Source: a virus (Duplodnaviria; Caudoviricetes). From it: a stretch of 49,087 nt of DNA. The DNA is taken from positions 1 through 49,087 of the IMG/VR virus record IMGVR_UViG_3300032335_000589, one strand, 5' to 3'. The number at the start of each line of letters is the position of its first letter. Position 1 is the first letter of the stretch. The notes below the pieces were generated by a model, which searched no databases, was not told the origin of the DNA, and was given only the letters and a program-made list of their open reading frames with translations. Shown here one piece after another: positions 18,420 to 27,856 of this stretch. The position numbers were made by a program, and so were the translations under genes.

Positions 18420-18791
18420 TTATTTTTTCATTTTATATGAACCATCACTACTAATGTCTTTTTTTAATAAATTTTGAAATGTTTCGTCATCTAAATCCAA
18501 GTCTGAAAGTGTGAAATCTTCTTCTTTTTCTGTATTTTTTTGCCACATAGTGGATTGTAGTTTAGATAATGTTAATTTTTTCTCAACACAATCGTTAATA
18601 ATTTTTTGTTGCTTTTCAATGACAGGACCAATAAGAGTCATATCTTCAGGTTCTTTCATCATCGTCAACATTTTATTTTGGATTCTAATTGCCGTATTTC
18701 TTTGTTCAACAAGTTCGTTATAGATTTCTTGCATCAAAGACAACATGGATTCTTTGGATAAGTTAATTTCTTTTTTTGGTGGTCTTGGCAT
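18420..18791 (-). CDS. Hypothetical protein
   Basis: 123-aa helical ORF. TATTTAT at 18797-18803. Confidence 0.75.
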   Translation of the reverse strand: MPRPPKKEINLSKESMLSLMQEIYNELVEQRNTAIRIQNKMLTMMKEPEDMTLIGPVIEKQQKIINDCVEKKLTLSKLQSTMWQKNTEKEEDFTLSDLDLDDETFQNLLKKDISSDGSYKMKK

Positions 18792-18803
18792 AATATATAA
18801 ATA

Positions 18804-19547
18804 TTAGTTTTTAAGTAATTCTTGAACTAACTCAAAATACAACTTTTTATATTTTTTAATTGAATTTCTTATTTCTTTAGTTGATAAATTAGTCATCTCC
18901 CTAAGTTCAAATAAAATAATATTTTTGTTAAATTTGTTATTATTTGTGTCAGGAAATATAGTTCCATAATTCTCAAACAAATCACATATTGCAGATCCTA
19001 ATTTATGTTCTTGTTCATTACATTCACTATCATCAAGATCTTGTTTTAGTTTTTCTAAAAACTTTTTAATCACATATTCAGAACTCAAATCGTCATTATC
19101 AATTACGTATGACATTTCAGTTCTATTAGTAAGATCTGAAGAAATATCTTCATAAGAAATCTTTCTGTTCATTTCCTTTTGGTCTTTCATAATCTGACCC
19201 ATAAGGTAATTTTTACAAATAGTCCCTAAGTATGAATACGCTTTCTTTTCTTTTGAAGGTTTAAATTTTTCAATCTTCGTCATCAAAAACGAATGAGTGT
19301 CGATATGTATTTCTTCATAATCCATATCTTTTCTATATAATTTATATCTTCTAATGATAGAAGATATCATCTTATCTAAAGGATCTTTTAAAAACTCATT
19401 ATATATTTTGTTACGTTCTTCAAAAGTTTCGGCCGTAAGAAAGTTTCTCACGGCCTCTTCTTCTCTTACATCAAAATAATTGTTAGTTGTTGGTTTACGT
19501 CCTTTCTTTTTCTTTTCTACTGATATTTCGTTACCATTTACTAACAT
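18804..19547 (-). CDS. Phage sigma factor, gp55-like (late transcription)
   Basis: NNYFD... and KIEKFKPSKEKKAYSYLGTICKNYL resemble sigma region 2 of gp55-family proteins (NFDPxKxKNPxAYxTxI). C-terminal HTH-like ELREMTNLSTKEIR. Confidence 0.7.
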   Translation of the reverse strand: MLVNGNEISVEKKKKGRKPTTNNYFDVREEEAVRNFLTAETFEERNKIYNEFLKDPLDKMISSIIRRYKLYRKDMDYEEIHIDTHSFLMTKIEKFKPSKEKKAYSYLGTICKNYLMGQIMKDQKEMNRKISYEDISSDLTNRTEMSYVIDNDDLSSEYVIKKFLEKLKQDLDDSECNEQEHKLGSAICDLFENYGTIFPDTNNNKFNKNIILFELREMTNLSTKEIRNSIKKYKKLYFELVQELLKN

Positions 19548-20353
19548 TAAATTTCTTGGGGTTCGTAATTTATATCCCTTTCATTTGTGAAGAAATATTC
19601 TTTTTTCGCCGAGTCAATCCAAAATTTCGCTTCATCTTGTGTGATTCTATTGTCACCATTTTTGTAATTCCAAAAAATAGATCCTTCTCTCAAATTCATA
19701 TGTTTGTATCCAATTCTAGGAATGGTCATAATTCTTGCTGAGTTGTGGGTCAAACGTAAAAACAATTCATATCCAAAAGTAAGTTTTAAATTAGATTTGA
19801 ATCCTCCTACTTCTAAAAATTTTTCTTTTTTGAAAACCATACCTGATGTTTGGAAGTTTTGAAAGGTTTGTAAAGTTTCATTTGTTAAAATACCCATTTC
19901 ACTTGAAATATTCTGTGCAAATGTTGCTTCATTTGTAAATCCTGCAAATACTAATTTATCATCAATGTCAACAACAATTGGAAGAAATGCATCAACATTT
20001 TTATACAAGTCCATATATTTAACCGCATTTTTAAACCAAACATTTGAATACTCATCATCAAATTCTAAAATTGAACACCAATTAGAGTTTGCGATTGATA
20101 CCCCGTGATTAACTTGTTTTCCAAAATTTGGTTCTTCAGACCAACTTTCTAAAACTACATTTAAATCACCAAAGTCATATGAAGTTAAATGTGATGTTAA
20201 ATAATCTTCAGATCCATGAACAATGATTAACTCACTAACATAATCTTTTTGATTTTTAACTGATTGAATAGCCTTGTCAAAAAAATCCACAAAACTAATT
20301 GCTTTTCCTGATTTGATTGGTAATATTACCGATACTTTATTTTCTGTGTTCAT
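19547..20353 (-). CDS. Glycosyltransferase, GT-A / family 2-like
   Basis: VSVILPI, ELIIV, NHGVSIANSNWCSILEFDD, FLEVGGF, YELFLRL. Confidence 0.8.
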   Translation of the reverse strand: MNTENKVSVILPIKSGKAISFVDFFDKAIQSVKNQKDYVSELIIVHGSEDYLTSHLTSYDFGDLNVVLESWSEEPNFGKQVNHGVSIANSNWCSILEFDDEYSNVWFKNAVKYMDLYKNVDAFLPIVVDIDDKLVFAGFTNEATFAQNISSEMGILTNETLQTFQNFQTSGMVFKKEKFLEVGGFKSNLKLTFGYELFLRLTHNSARIMTIPRIGYKHMNLREGSIFWNYKNGDNRITQDEAKFWIDSAKKEYFFTNERDINYEPQEI

Positions 20354-20355
20354 AA

Positions 20356-21414
20356 TTAAATTGTTTCAAATTTTGATAGTTGATCTTCAAATGAAGTGAT
20401 TCTTTTTTCAAAAATGTCACCAAATAAACTTAAAGTTTCATTTTCAAATTTTTCTTTGTTACTGATAGATTCAATGGTTACATCCATTCTTTCGAACAAT
20501 TCGGGATTTAAATTATCCTCTAACCAATTTTGGATAAAGTCAGACAAAACATCTACAATGATTGTTTTGTTGTTAACCCAAAGTCCATTATCTTCATTCA
20601 TCCAAGAAGGAACGATATCAGGAACTAAACCTAATACAGGAATTCCCATTTTCATCGATTCTAATGGGAAAGTCCCAAATGAACTTGTTTGGTCAATCCA
20701 AACAGAAATAAAACTATCTTTCATCGCTTCGGCAAATTCATTTTCACTTAAACCTCTAAGGTCTCTAAATGTAATCCATCTATATTGTGGAAACTTCACA
20801 TAAAAACTTTTAATAAGGTTTGCGGTGTCTCTTTGATCTCTTGTATGGATATTGATAATAGTTTTTGGTGGGTATTCATTCTTTTTAAAAACATCAGAGA
20901 TATAAGGGGCTACAACATCTACAGTAACGTTTCTCATTACAGATTGTATCAATTCTTTTTGTTTTTCAGAAGTTGTAATACATTTGTAGAATCCTAATTG
21001 TGTCCAAGATTGGCCAGGTTGTAAAGTTTCAAATACATGATCAAAAGCTTGACTTAAAACAATTTTACCACATGGTAATTTAGTGATTTGATCCATAACA
21101 AATCCGTAAATTTCAGGAATAATAATTAAATCATCAGGTGAAATTTCTAAACTTGTTCCTTCGATTGCACGATGGTCTAACTCAGTCATATATTCTTCAC
21201 CTAACCATGATGATACTCCAAAGTATTCAGGTTTTTCATGTAAAATAATGGCGTTATATCCATTTCTTTTTAATGTTAATGCCATTTGGTAAATGTATCT
21301 AACAGATGCCTTGGCGTTTCCTTTTGTGTCTTGAACCATAAAATAAATTCTTGAAAGTTTTTCTTTCATTCTATTTATGGACAGTTCTAATTTTTCGTGA
21401 TTGTCGTTGTTCAT
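20356..21414 (-). CDS. Glycosyltransferase, GT-B-like
   Basis: IYQMALTLKRNGY, IIIPEI, and a C-terminal SSFGTFPLESMKMGIPV similar to the GT4 ExFG..LEAMxxGxPV motif. Confidence 0.75.
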   Translation of the reverse strand: MNNDNHEKLELSINRMKEKLSRIYFMVQDTKGNAKASVRYIYQMALTLKRNGYNAIILHEKPEYFGVSSWLGEEYMTELDHRAIEGTSLEISPDDLIIIPEIYGFVMDQITKLPCGKIVLSQAFDHVFETLQPGQSWTQLGFYKCITTSEKQKELIQSVMRNVTVDVVAPYISDVFKKNEYPPKTIINIHTRDQRDTANLIKSFYVKFPQYRWITFRDLRGLSENEFAEAMKDSFISVWIDQTSSFGTFPLESMKMGIPVLGLVPDIVPSWMNEDNGLWVNNKTIIVDVLSDFIQNWLEDNLNPELFERMDVTIESISNKEKFENETLSLFGDIFEKRITSFEDQLSKFETI

Positions 21415-21420
21415 ATCTTA

Positions 21421-21678
21421 TTATATTTTGTTTATTATGTTTTTTACTCTTAAACTATTAAAAGAAATTTTAAATGGTATTGTTAGTTCACTATTATTAG
21501 GTCCTAACTTTTCATCAACGGGTTCAATTTCAGTTAAGATGGTATCAACCATCATTTTAACCATTTCATACTTAACTAAATGGATTTGAGATTCTCCTGA
21601 AGAACTTGTCATTTCCACTTCTTTTTCAACTTTATCCAAATCGATGTAGTAATTTTCACCAAAAAGACTAAACAGCAT
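21421..21678 (-). CDS. Hypothetical protein
   Basis: 85-aa ORF within the operon. Confidence 0.7.
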   Translation of the reverse strand: MLFSLFGENYYIDLDKVEKEVEMTSSSGESQIHLVKYEMVKMMVDTILTEIEPVDEKLGPNNSELTIPFKISFNSLRVKNIINKI

Positions 21679-22330
21679 TATGTTTTAAATTTTTAATTAT
21701 TTCTTGAAACTCAGAAAGTGAAGATATTTCGAGTTCTGAAGAAATATGTTTATTGTATGTGGTATTATATTTTACAACAATTTTATCCACAGGTTTATTT
21801 AATAATAAGTCAGGGTTTGCAGTAAGTAAAATGTCTATTTGATCCCACATGTTATTTTTGGTGATTTCACTAAAAAAAACAACCTTTTCTAAAAGACAAC
21901 CAAATTTTGATAAAAAGAAAAGTGATGAAGGTTTGGATTTTCCAATTTCATTGGATACGATAACAAGTTCGTTTTCTTCTCTTAACTCAAAATATAGATC
22001 GTTTAATATGTTAAAAGTTGTCATTTCTGTTGATGGTGCATGACCAAATAACTCCATTGCATATTCTTCATACATAAAACTAAAAAGTTCTTCAGTATTT
22101 TTAAATGAAAAATGTTTTGTTAGATCAAGACTAGATACATCAGATATTTTTTTATATTCAAAAGATTCGTCAGTTGATTCAATCATTTCGGTATTTCCTG
22201 ACATATCAAGTTCGTATGTCTGACCTAAAAAATCCTCTTCACTTTTTTCAATTAAATGTTTTTCATAAAGTTGTTCAAATTTTCCAATAGTGTCTCTTAA
22301 AACACCATTAATATCAAGCCCTATTCTCAT
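21668..22330 (-). CDS. HAD-superfamily 5'(3')-nucleotidase-like protein with a degenerate motif I
   Basis: Likely start MRIGLDINGVLRD at 22330. C-terminal TTYNKH resembles NT5C-type proteins. Confidence 0.6.
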   Translation of the reverse strand: MRIGLDINGVLRDTIGKFEQLYEKHLIEKSEEDFLGQTYELDMSGNTEMIESTDESFEYKKISDVSSLDLTKHFSFKNTEELFSFMYEEYAMELFGHAPSTEMTTFNILNDLYFELREENELVIVSNEIGKSKPSSLFFLSKFGCLLEKVVFFSEITKNNMWDQIDILLTANPDLLLNKPVDKIVVKYNTTYNKHISSELEISSLSEFQEIIKNLKHNAV

Positions 22331-23045
22331 CGTATTTTTGTAAAATTTTAGAAATAAGTGGATTTCTAACCACGTCTTTATCATTGAACTCGAAAGTTCC
22401 TATATCATTAATAAAGTTAAACCTTGTTATTGCATCGTAAAGACCTGATTGTTTTTTATCCTTATACCTATCAGTTTGTTCTAAATCTCCCGATATGAAA
22501 AATTTTGAACTAGATCCAATTCTTGTTAAAAGAAGTTTCATTTGATTTGGGGTTGAGTTCTGTGCTTCCTCAAAAATTAAAATTGAGTTGTCGATGTTCA
22601 TTCCTCTCATATACGCCAAAGCAAAAACCTCAATAATTTCAGCATCTTTTAATTTTTCTTTTGCGTCTTTACCAATTAATTTGTTTAGTAAGTAATAAGA
22701 TGGGAAAATATACGGATCTAATTTTTCTTCTAAATTTCCTGGTAATGATCCTAATTTTTCTTCAGCCTCAACTGCTGGTCTAACAATGATAATTTTTTCA
22801 TAACCATTTTCAGGTTCCATTAAAAGATCTACAGCCGCTTTCATTGCTATATAACTTTTACCAACACCAGCAGGTCCTGAACATATTGTGATTTGGTTTG
22901 ATACTAAAATGTTGTAGTATTCTTTTTGATTTTCAGTTAAAAACTTGCTTCTTTGTTTTTTCTTTATTACTGTGTTTATGAAATCTTTTTTTGATTGTGG
23001 AGCGATTACCGACTCCTCTGTTTGTTGCGGTTTTCTTCTTGTCAT
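22314..23045 (-). CDS. phoH: PhoH-like ATPase
   Basis: GPAGVGKS, RPAVEAEEKLGSLPG, LAYMRG, EEAQN, LLTRIG, GDLEQTD, VVRNPLI. Confidence 0.95.
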   Translation of the reverse strand: MTRRKPQQTEESVIAPQSKKDFINTVIKKKQRSKFLTENQKEYYNILVSNQITICSGPAGVGKSYIAMKAAVDLLMEPENGYEKIIIVRPAVEAEEKLGSLPGNLEEKLDPYIFPSYYLLNKLIGKDAKEKLKDAEIIEVFALAYMRGMNIDNSILIFEEAQNSTPNQMKLLLTRIGSSSKFFISGDLEQTDRYKDKKQSGLYDAITRFNFINDIGTFEFNDKDVVRNPLISKILQKYDENRA

Positions 23046-23048
23046 AAA

Positions 23049-23495
23049 TTATTTTACAAATTTTTTATTGGATTCTTCTTCGTAAATCCTTTTTCTTAAA
23101 CTACTTGTTGAAAAGTCGTGATCTCTTTTGTTATAAACAAAACTTATATTTCTTTTCATACAAATGTCTTTAGCGGTGAAGTTTTTATCTTTGTATTCCT
23201 CACCTATAATTCTAACATCTAAATCCAAAGAAGAGAAAATGGTTTTTAGTTCTTCTTCAGTATTATATGGGATTATTTTGTCAACATACTTTACCGCATC
23301 TAATTGAATATACCTTTCTACTAAAGATTGGATTGGTTTATTTTTTTCTGATCTATCCACAGATGGGTCTACTTGAAGTGCGCATATTAAATAATCACAA
23401 TATTTTTTACACTCTTCTAACATAGTTATATGACCAGCATGTAATAAATCAAATGTAGAGCAAGTTATTCCTATAATTCTATTTTGTTTGTCCAT
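23049..23495 (-). CDS. Glycerol-3-phosphate-type cytidylyltransferase (TagD-like)
   Basis: TFDLLHAGH (HxGH), ERYIQLDAVKYVD, RDHDFSTSSLR. Confidence 0.88.
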   Translation of the reverse strand: MDKQNRIIGITCSTFDLLHAGHITMLEECKKYCDYLICALQVDPSVDRSEKNKPIQSLVERYIQLDAVKYVDKIIPYNTEEELKTIFSSLDLDVRIIGEEYKDKNFTAKDICMKRNISFVYNKRDHDFSTSSLRKRIYEEESNKKFVK

Positions 23496-23527
23496 AATAT
23501 TCTAACTAATAATTTATTGTTTTAATT

Positions 23528-24286
23528 TTAATTATAAATTTTTGTAAAAACCTTTATTTTTTCTTCTAAATTATCACATGGTAATAATTCATATGTTATA
23601 ATATTCTCATAACCTAATGATTTAATTTTTTCTGAAAATTTTTTGTGAAACTCTAAATCAGATAACGGCAAAAGTTTGTTTTCTGAAATATGTATATGGT
23701 AAATGTGATTATAATATTTCTCAATGATCTCGATAGGATCTTCATTTTCTAATAGTAAATTATGAGTATCGATCATGGTTTTTATGTTACTGAAATTATT
23801 TAAGTTTAAAAAATTTATAATTTCAGTAATTGTGTTAAAATATTCACCATTATAAATTTTACTATTAGGTTCAATACACATTATAATACCATTTTCTGAT
23901 AGTAATTTGTTAACATCGGTAAGAACGTCAACAATAGTGTTAAAATCAAAATTGTTTCGTAAATTTGGGGACCCAAAAACTAAAACATCAAACCCCAATA
24001 TTTTAGAAAACTCAATCAATTTATTGATGTGCTGGATGAACTTATTTTTATCGTTTAACGAATCGATATCTACATCGTAAAATATAGATTGTATTGACGG
24101 AATTTTAACACCAAATGATTCTAAAACATTTTTAAAATCTATCAATTGGGTATTATCAATTTTGTCCCATTTATTTATTTTACTTAAAACCCCCTCAACA
24201 TTTTTAATGTTATACTTCTCTAACATATTTAAAGTAACATCAAGATCTTTGTGGTCCCATGCTAAATTACTTACAGATAAATTCAT
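23528..24286 (-). CDS. Sugar-phosphate isomerase/epimerase (xylose isomerase-like TIM barrel)
   Basis: VSNLAW, LVFGSP, CIEPN, IDTHN, HIHISE and ITYE metal-binding motifs. Confidence 0.85.
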   Translation of the reverse strand: MNLSVSNLAWDHKDLDVTLNMLEKYNIKNVEGVLSKINKWDKIDNTQLIDFKNVLESFGVKIPSIQSIFYDVDIDSLNDKNKFIQHINKLIEFSKILGFDVLVFGSPNLRNNFDFNTIVDVLTDVNKLLSENGIIMCIEPNSKIYNGEYFNTITEIINFLNLNNFSNIKTMIDTHNLLLENEDPIEIIEKYYNHIYHIHISENKLLPLSDLEFHKKFSEKIKSLGYENIITYELLPCDNLEEKIKVFTKIYN

Positions 24287-24509
24287 TTTATATTTTATTT
24301 ATAATATAATCAATGATAGATAAATCATTTTCATCATAAAGTAATAAATGTTTTATTTTATTAATATTCTCTATTTTAATATCAATACCAGATAATTCTA
24401 ATTTTAATTTATTTTCATAAAATCAAAAACCAAACTAAATTATTTAATCAGATAAATTATTTTAGTGATGAATACTCACCTATTGTAAATGCGTTACAAA
24501 AAATAAAAT

Positions 24510-25268
24510 TTAATTAACGATTTTGTTTATCAAATTTTTAATTTCAGTCAAAATTATTTCTTTTGTTTTTATGTATCCTGTTGAGGAATATTTAGTTTTA
24601 TAATCGTATTTTATTCTATTGTCTAAATAACTTACTTTTTCTTTATGTTCAGGAAATAGATTAATAATTTCTTCACTATCTAATGGTTCTGTAAATAAAT
24701 TAATTATAATATCATTAGGGTATTTTTCTTCATAGAAATTTATATCATTTACCAAATCATTTAAATTGTACCATTGAAATGATGAGTTTTTGTTAATCAT
24801 GTGTACGTTATTATTGTTTAGTAAATCATATAAAATATTTTTTTTAATGTTTTTACTAAACAAAGATGGTAACCTAAAGATTTTTACATTTTCATAATTC
24901 AAATGTTTAATGACCATTTTCTCAAAAAGATACCTATTGGAACCGTAAGAGAAATTTTTAAACACTGGATCAAATTCTTCATCCGAACCTATTGGTGAAT
25001 TTTCATACACATCAATAGTTGATATTAAATATATATTTTTATATGTTACATTACCAATTGATTTAATAATATCAATAACTGTCTCAATATCCGTTTTTGT
25101 GTCCTTATTAATCATCCATTTAGTTGAAGGTAAACAAGATAAATACAAATCACATCCATCAGGAGGTGAGTAATTACGGATTGTTTTTGAATTGTACTCA
25201 AAATCAAAATTTATTTTTTCTTTTAAAGTTTGACCCACTAAACCTGTATTTCCTACTAATATTTTCAT
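24510..25268 (-). CDS. NAD(P)-dependent epimerase/dehydratase-like protein
   Basis: LVGNTGLVG Rossmann motif, LISTIDVY, YGSNRYLFE, RLPSLF. Confidence 0.8.
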   Translation of the reverse strand: MKILVGNTGLVGQTLKEKINFDFEYNSKTIRNYSPPDGCDLYLSCLPSTKWMINKDTKTDIETVIDIIKSIGNVTYKNIYLISTIDVYENSPIGSDEEFDPVFKNFSYGSNRYLFEKMVIKHLNYENVKIFRLPSLFSKNIKKNILYDLLNNNNVHMINKNSSFQWYNLNDLVNDINFYEEKYPNDIIINLFTEPLDSEEIINLFPEHKEKVSYLDNRIKYDYKTKYSSTGYIKTKEIILTEIKNLINKIVN

Positions 25269-26311
25269 CTTACTAATTTTAATTTAATACTTTCTGATCT
25301 GACTAACATATAATTTTTTAAATGGACTTGTAATAATCTTTCGGGGTATGAACAATAATAATAGTATAATGAATCTACATGACCGTCATATCCATTTAAA
25401 ATATAATTATTACCATCATAAAAAATGTTCTCAGGGACCTTTTCAAATTGTTTTACATTCTCATCAAAAAAAGTATCATTTAATTTATCATAATGATTAT
25501 ATAAATCACAATATGATTTCATGGACACCATACTCCCATATGCAAACATATCACATATTACATTTGTATGTTCAAACACATGGACTCTACTCCTGTTAAG
25601 TCTGTAATATAAATTATCACACGCCCAACACGATGTTGCATAGTCTAAATGTGTGTGACTATTATCATTATTTGGTGTAAAAATTATATGATCACTTTTG
25701 ATATCTGTAATTGTTTTTTTATTTAATTGAAATGAAAACATATCACAATCAAACCTTGCCTTCAAAACTACATCATACTTAATATTATATTCCTTAGAAT
25801 ATTCTTCCATCAATTTGTATGATTTGTTAATTGAGTATAATTGAGATTTGATAAAAATTTCAGGGGATGAAAAATTAAAGTAATTATTTTTTATTTCTTG
25901 AGACTCAATCCAAGTTTTATTATTTTCAATATCATATTTTTTGAGGTTGGAATATTTTTCTATTTCAGATATGACTGTTGATTTGACAGTTGCGTCATTT
26001 AATGACGTTTCATTACCTTTCAACCCCAAATTATCCCATGTGTGTATAAAAATATGGTAATTCGAATTATTACAAAATTCCTTTATACCATCCAGTATTG
26101 AATTTTTTCTAATGTGTCCACTTAATAAAATTGCAATCTTTATTTGTTTTGGGTCCGCATCATTCTTTAATAAATTTAAATATTCTATACAATTTAATAT
26201 TTCGTTTTCTAATTCTTGTACTGTTTTTCCCCCGTGAATTGTTAATTCTTCAGATGTGTAATCTCGTCTTAAATAAGTTTTAAATAGATGTGTTAATTCT
26301 TCATTTGTCAT
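25265..26311 (-). CDS. Putative glycosyltransferase-like protein
   Basis: KIAILLSGHIR, FIHTWD, QLYSI, YDVVLKARFD, DMFAYG and PERLL form a pattern typical of glycan-locus proteins. Confidence 0.6.
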   Translation of the reverse strand: MTNEELTHLFKTYLRRDYTSEELTIHGGKTVQELENEILNCIEYLNLLKNDADPKQIKIAILLSGHIRKNSILDGIKEFCNNSNYHIFIHTWDNLGLKGNETSLNDATVKSTVISEIEKYSNLKKYDIENNKTWIESQEIKNNYFNFSSPEIFIKSQLYSINKSYKLMEEYSKEYNIKYDVVLKARFDCDMFSFQLNKKTITDIKSDHIIFTPNNDNSHTHLDYATSCWACDNLYYRLNRSRVHVFEHTNVICDMFAYGSMVSMKSYCDLYNHYDKLNDTFFDENVKQFEKVPENIFYDGNNYILNGYDGHVDSLYYYYCSYPERLLQVHLKNYMLVRSESIKLKLVR

Positions 26312-27290
26312 TATTAATCATATTTAAAATGTAATCCTCTATAATATATATTCCTTGTATCTTTCCCGTAAAACAAGAAACAATGTTATTTTTTTGTTTT
26401 ATCACCGGATATCTACTATCCGATTCATCTTTTATTTTACTTTTTATTGATAAAAAATATGAGTCATATTCAAAATAATCCTTGAACTTTGGCATAAATA
26501 CTCTCACTCGGTCCTCAAACTCATTCACTTTTTTCAAAATAAAATCATTATTTATAATTTTTTTATAATCATCAATTTCATTGACCGTTGAAAATTTTCT
26601 TAGTGGTGTTAATTTAACGTCAGTTAATGTGAATTTATTATCTTTATAAGGATAAATAGAAAATAATTCACCATCAACAAAAGTTAGGGAATCAAAATTG
26701 GTTTTTTTAATTTTTTCATAAATTAATGTTAATGTTAATTCATAAAAAGAATCAGTATTTATTAACCCCATGAAATTATTTGTTGCATCAATAACTAAAT
26801 CGGAGTTTTTAGATATTTGATTTAATTTTTCCCCATCAACGTCTTCATATTTTATTAACCCACCTAACTCCTCTTCAAAAAAAGTTCTAATTTTTTCAAA
26901 ATTAATGTGTTTTTCATTTGTTAAAATACACCCTTCAGTGTTTTCGAAATTATGGTCCGTTAATTCTGAAGGGTAATCATCAAAAATTTTTAAGTAAGTA
27001 TTTAAATCAATTAAAGATAATTTTTTCGGTACACAATATAAGTTGTTTTCAATGTGGGTAACACAAAAACCATAATCATTTATAAATCTATCAAAAGTTG
27101 TCCTACACAAATTTCTTGTTTCATAATTTCTAGCATAATGATATCCATAGTGTAATCTGTTTTGATTATTAAATGATGTACCATTAAAAATCCTATCTTT
27201 TCTTTCGTACAATGTTATATTATGTCGGTCTTTCAAAACAGTTGCCAAATGACAACCAACCCAACCTGTGCCAATGATGGATATATTCAT
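26301..27290 (-). CDS. FAD-dependent oxidoreductase
   Basis: IIGTGWVGCH Rossmann motif, GTSFNNQNRLHYGYHYAR, GKI near the C-terminus. Confidence 0.85.
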   Translation of the reverse strand: MNISIIGTGWVGCHLATVLKDRHNITLYERKDRIFNGTSFNNQNRLHYGYHYARNYETRNLCRTTFDRFINDYGFCVTHIENNLYCVPKKLSLIDLNTYLKIFDDYPSELTDHNFENTEGCILTNEKHINFEKIRTFFEEELGGLIKYEDVDGEKLNQISKNSDLVIDATNNFMGLINTDSFYELTLTLIYEKIKKTNFDSLTFVDGELFSIYPYKDNKFTLTDVKLTPLRKFSTVNEIDDYKKIINNDFILKKVNEFEDRVRVFMPKFKDYFEYDSYFLSIKSKIKDESDSRYPVIKQKNNIVSCFTGKIQGIYIIEDYILNMINNDK

Positions 27291-27291
27291 T

Positions 27292-27852
27292 TTAATTATG
27301 TACTGTTAATATTTTATTTAATTTTTTAATTCTTATATTGGGGTATTTGATGGCTTGTTCTACAAACATACCATCACACCATTCATGTTCAGGTTGATTA
27401 ATTCCTACTTTTTTAGCGATTTCACTTCTTAAAACAAACGACCCCCAATCTATTCTTCCTACCGTAGGCATCGTAATTAGTACATTATGTTGAAAATGAT
27501 TATGAATACAATCAAACATAACCATATCGCAATCTCTTAACTCCAATAATAAATCGTCCACAGTATTAGGGGTGTAATAATCTTGAATAGAAGTTTGTAT
27601 TATAAATTCGGTCTTAACCAAATCCAAACTATTTATTCTATTATAGTGACCCCAATAACCAGTTGCGGTCTCGTTTTGAATTATTTTTATTTTATCTGTT
27701 TTAAAAAACTTAACACATTCCTCGATGTAATCATTTTTTTCATCACAATAAATAATACACTCCCAATTAGGGTTTTTTTGTAAAATTAAAGAACTTATAA
27801 ATTGATATGAGTCTATCGTTTCTTTATATGCTGTGGCGATGAAAGTTATCAT
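27292..27852 (-). CDS. Glycosyltransferase family 2-like
   Basis: Likely start MITFIATAY at 27852. SLILQKNPNWECIIYCD, WGHYNR, DYY, DGMFVE. Confidence 0.75.
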   Translation of the reverse strand: MITFIATAYKETIDSYQFISSLILQKNPNWECIIYCDEKNDYIEECVKFFKTDKIKIIQNETATGYWGHYNRINSLDLVKTEFIIQTSIQDYYTPNTVDDLLLELRDCDMVMFDCIHNHFQHNVLITMPTVGRIDWGSFVLRSEIAKKVGINQPEHEWCDGMFVEQAIKYPNIRIKKLNKILTVHN

Positions 27853-27856
27853 TATT

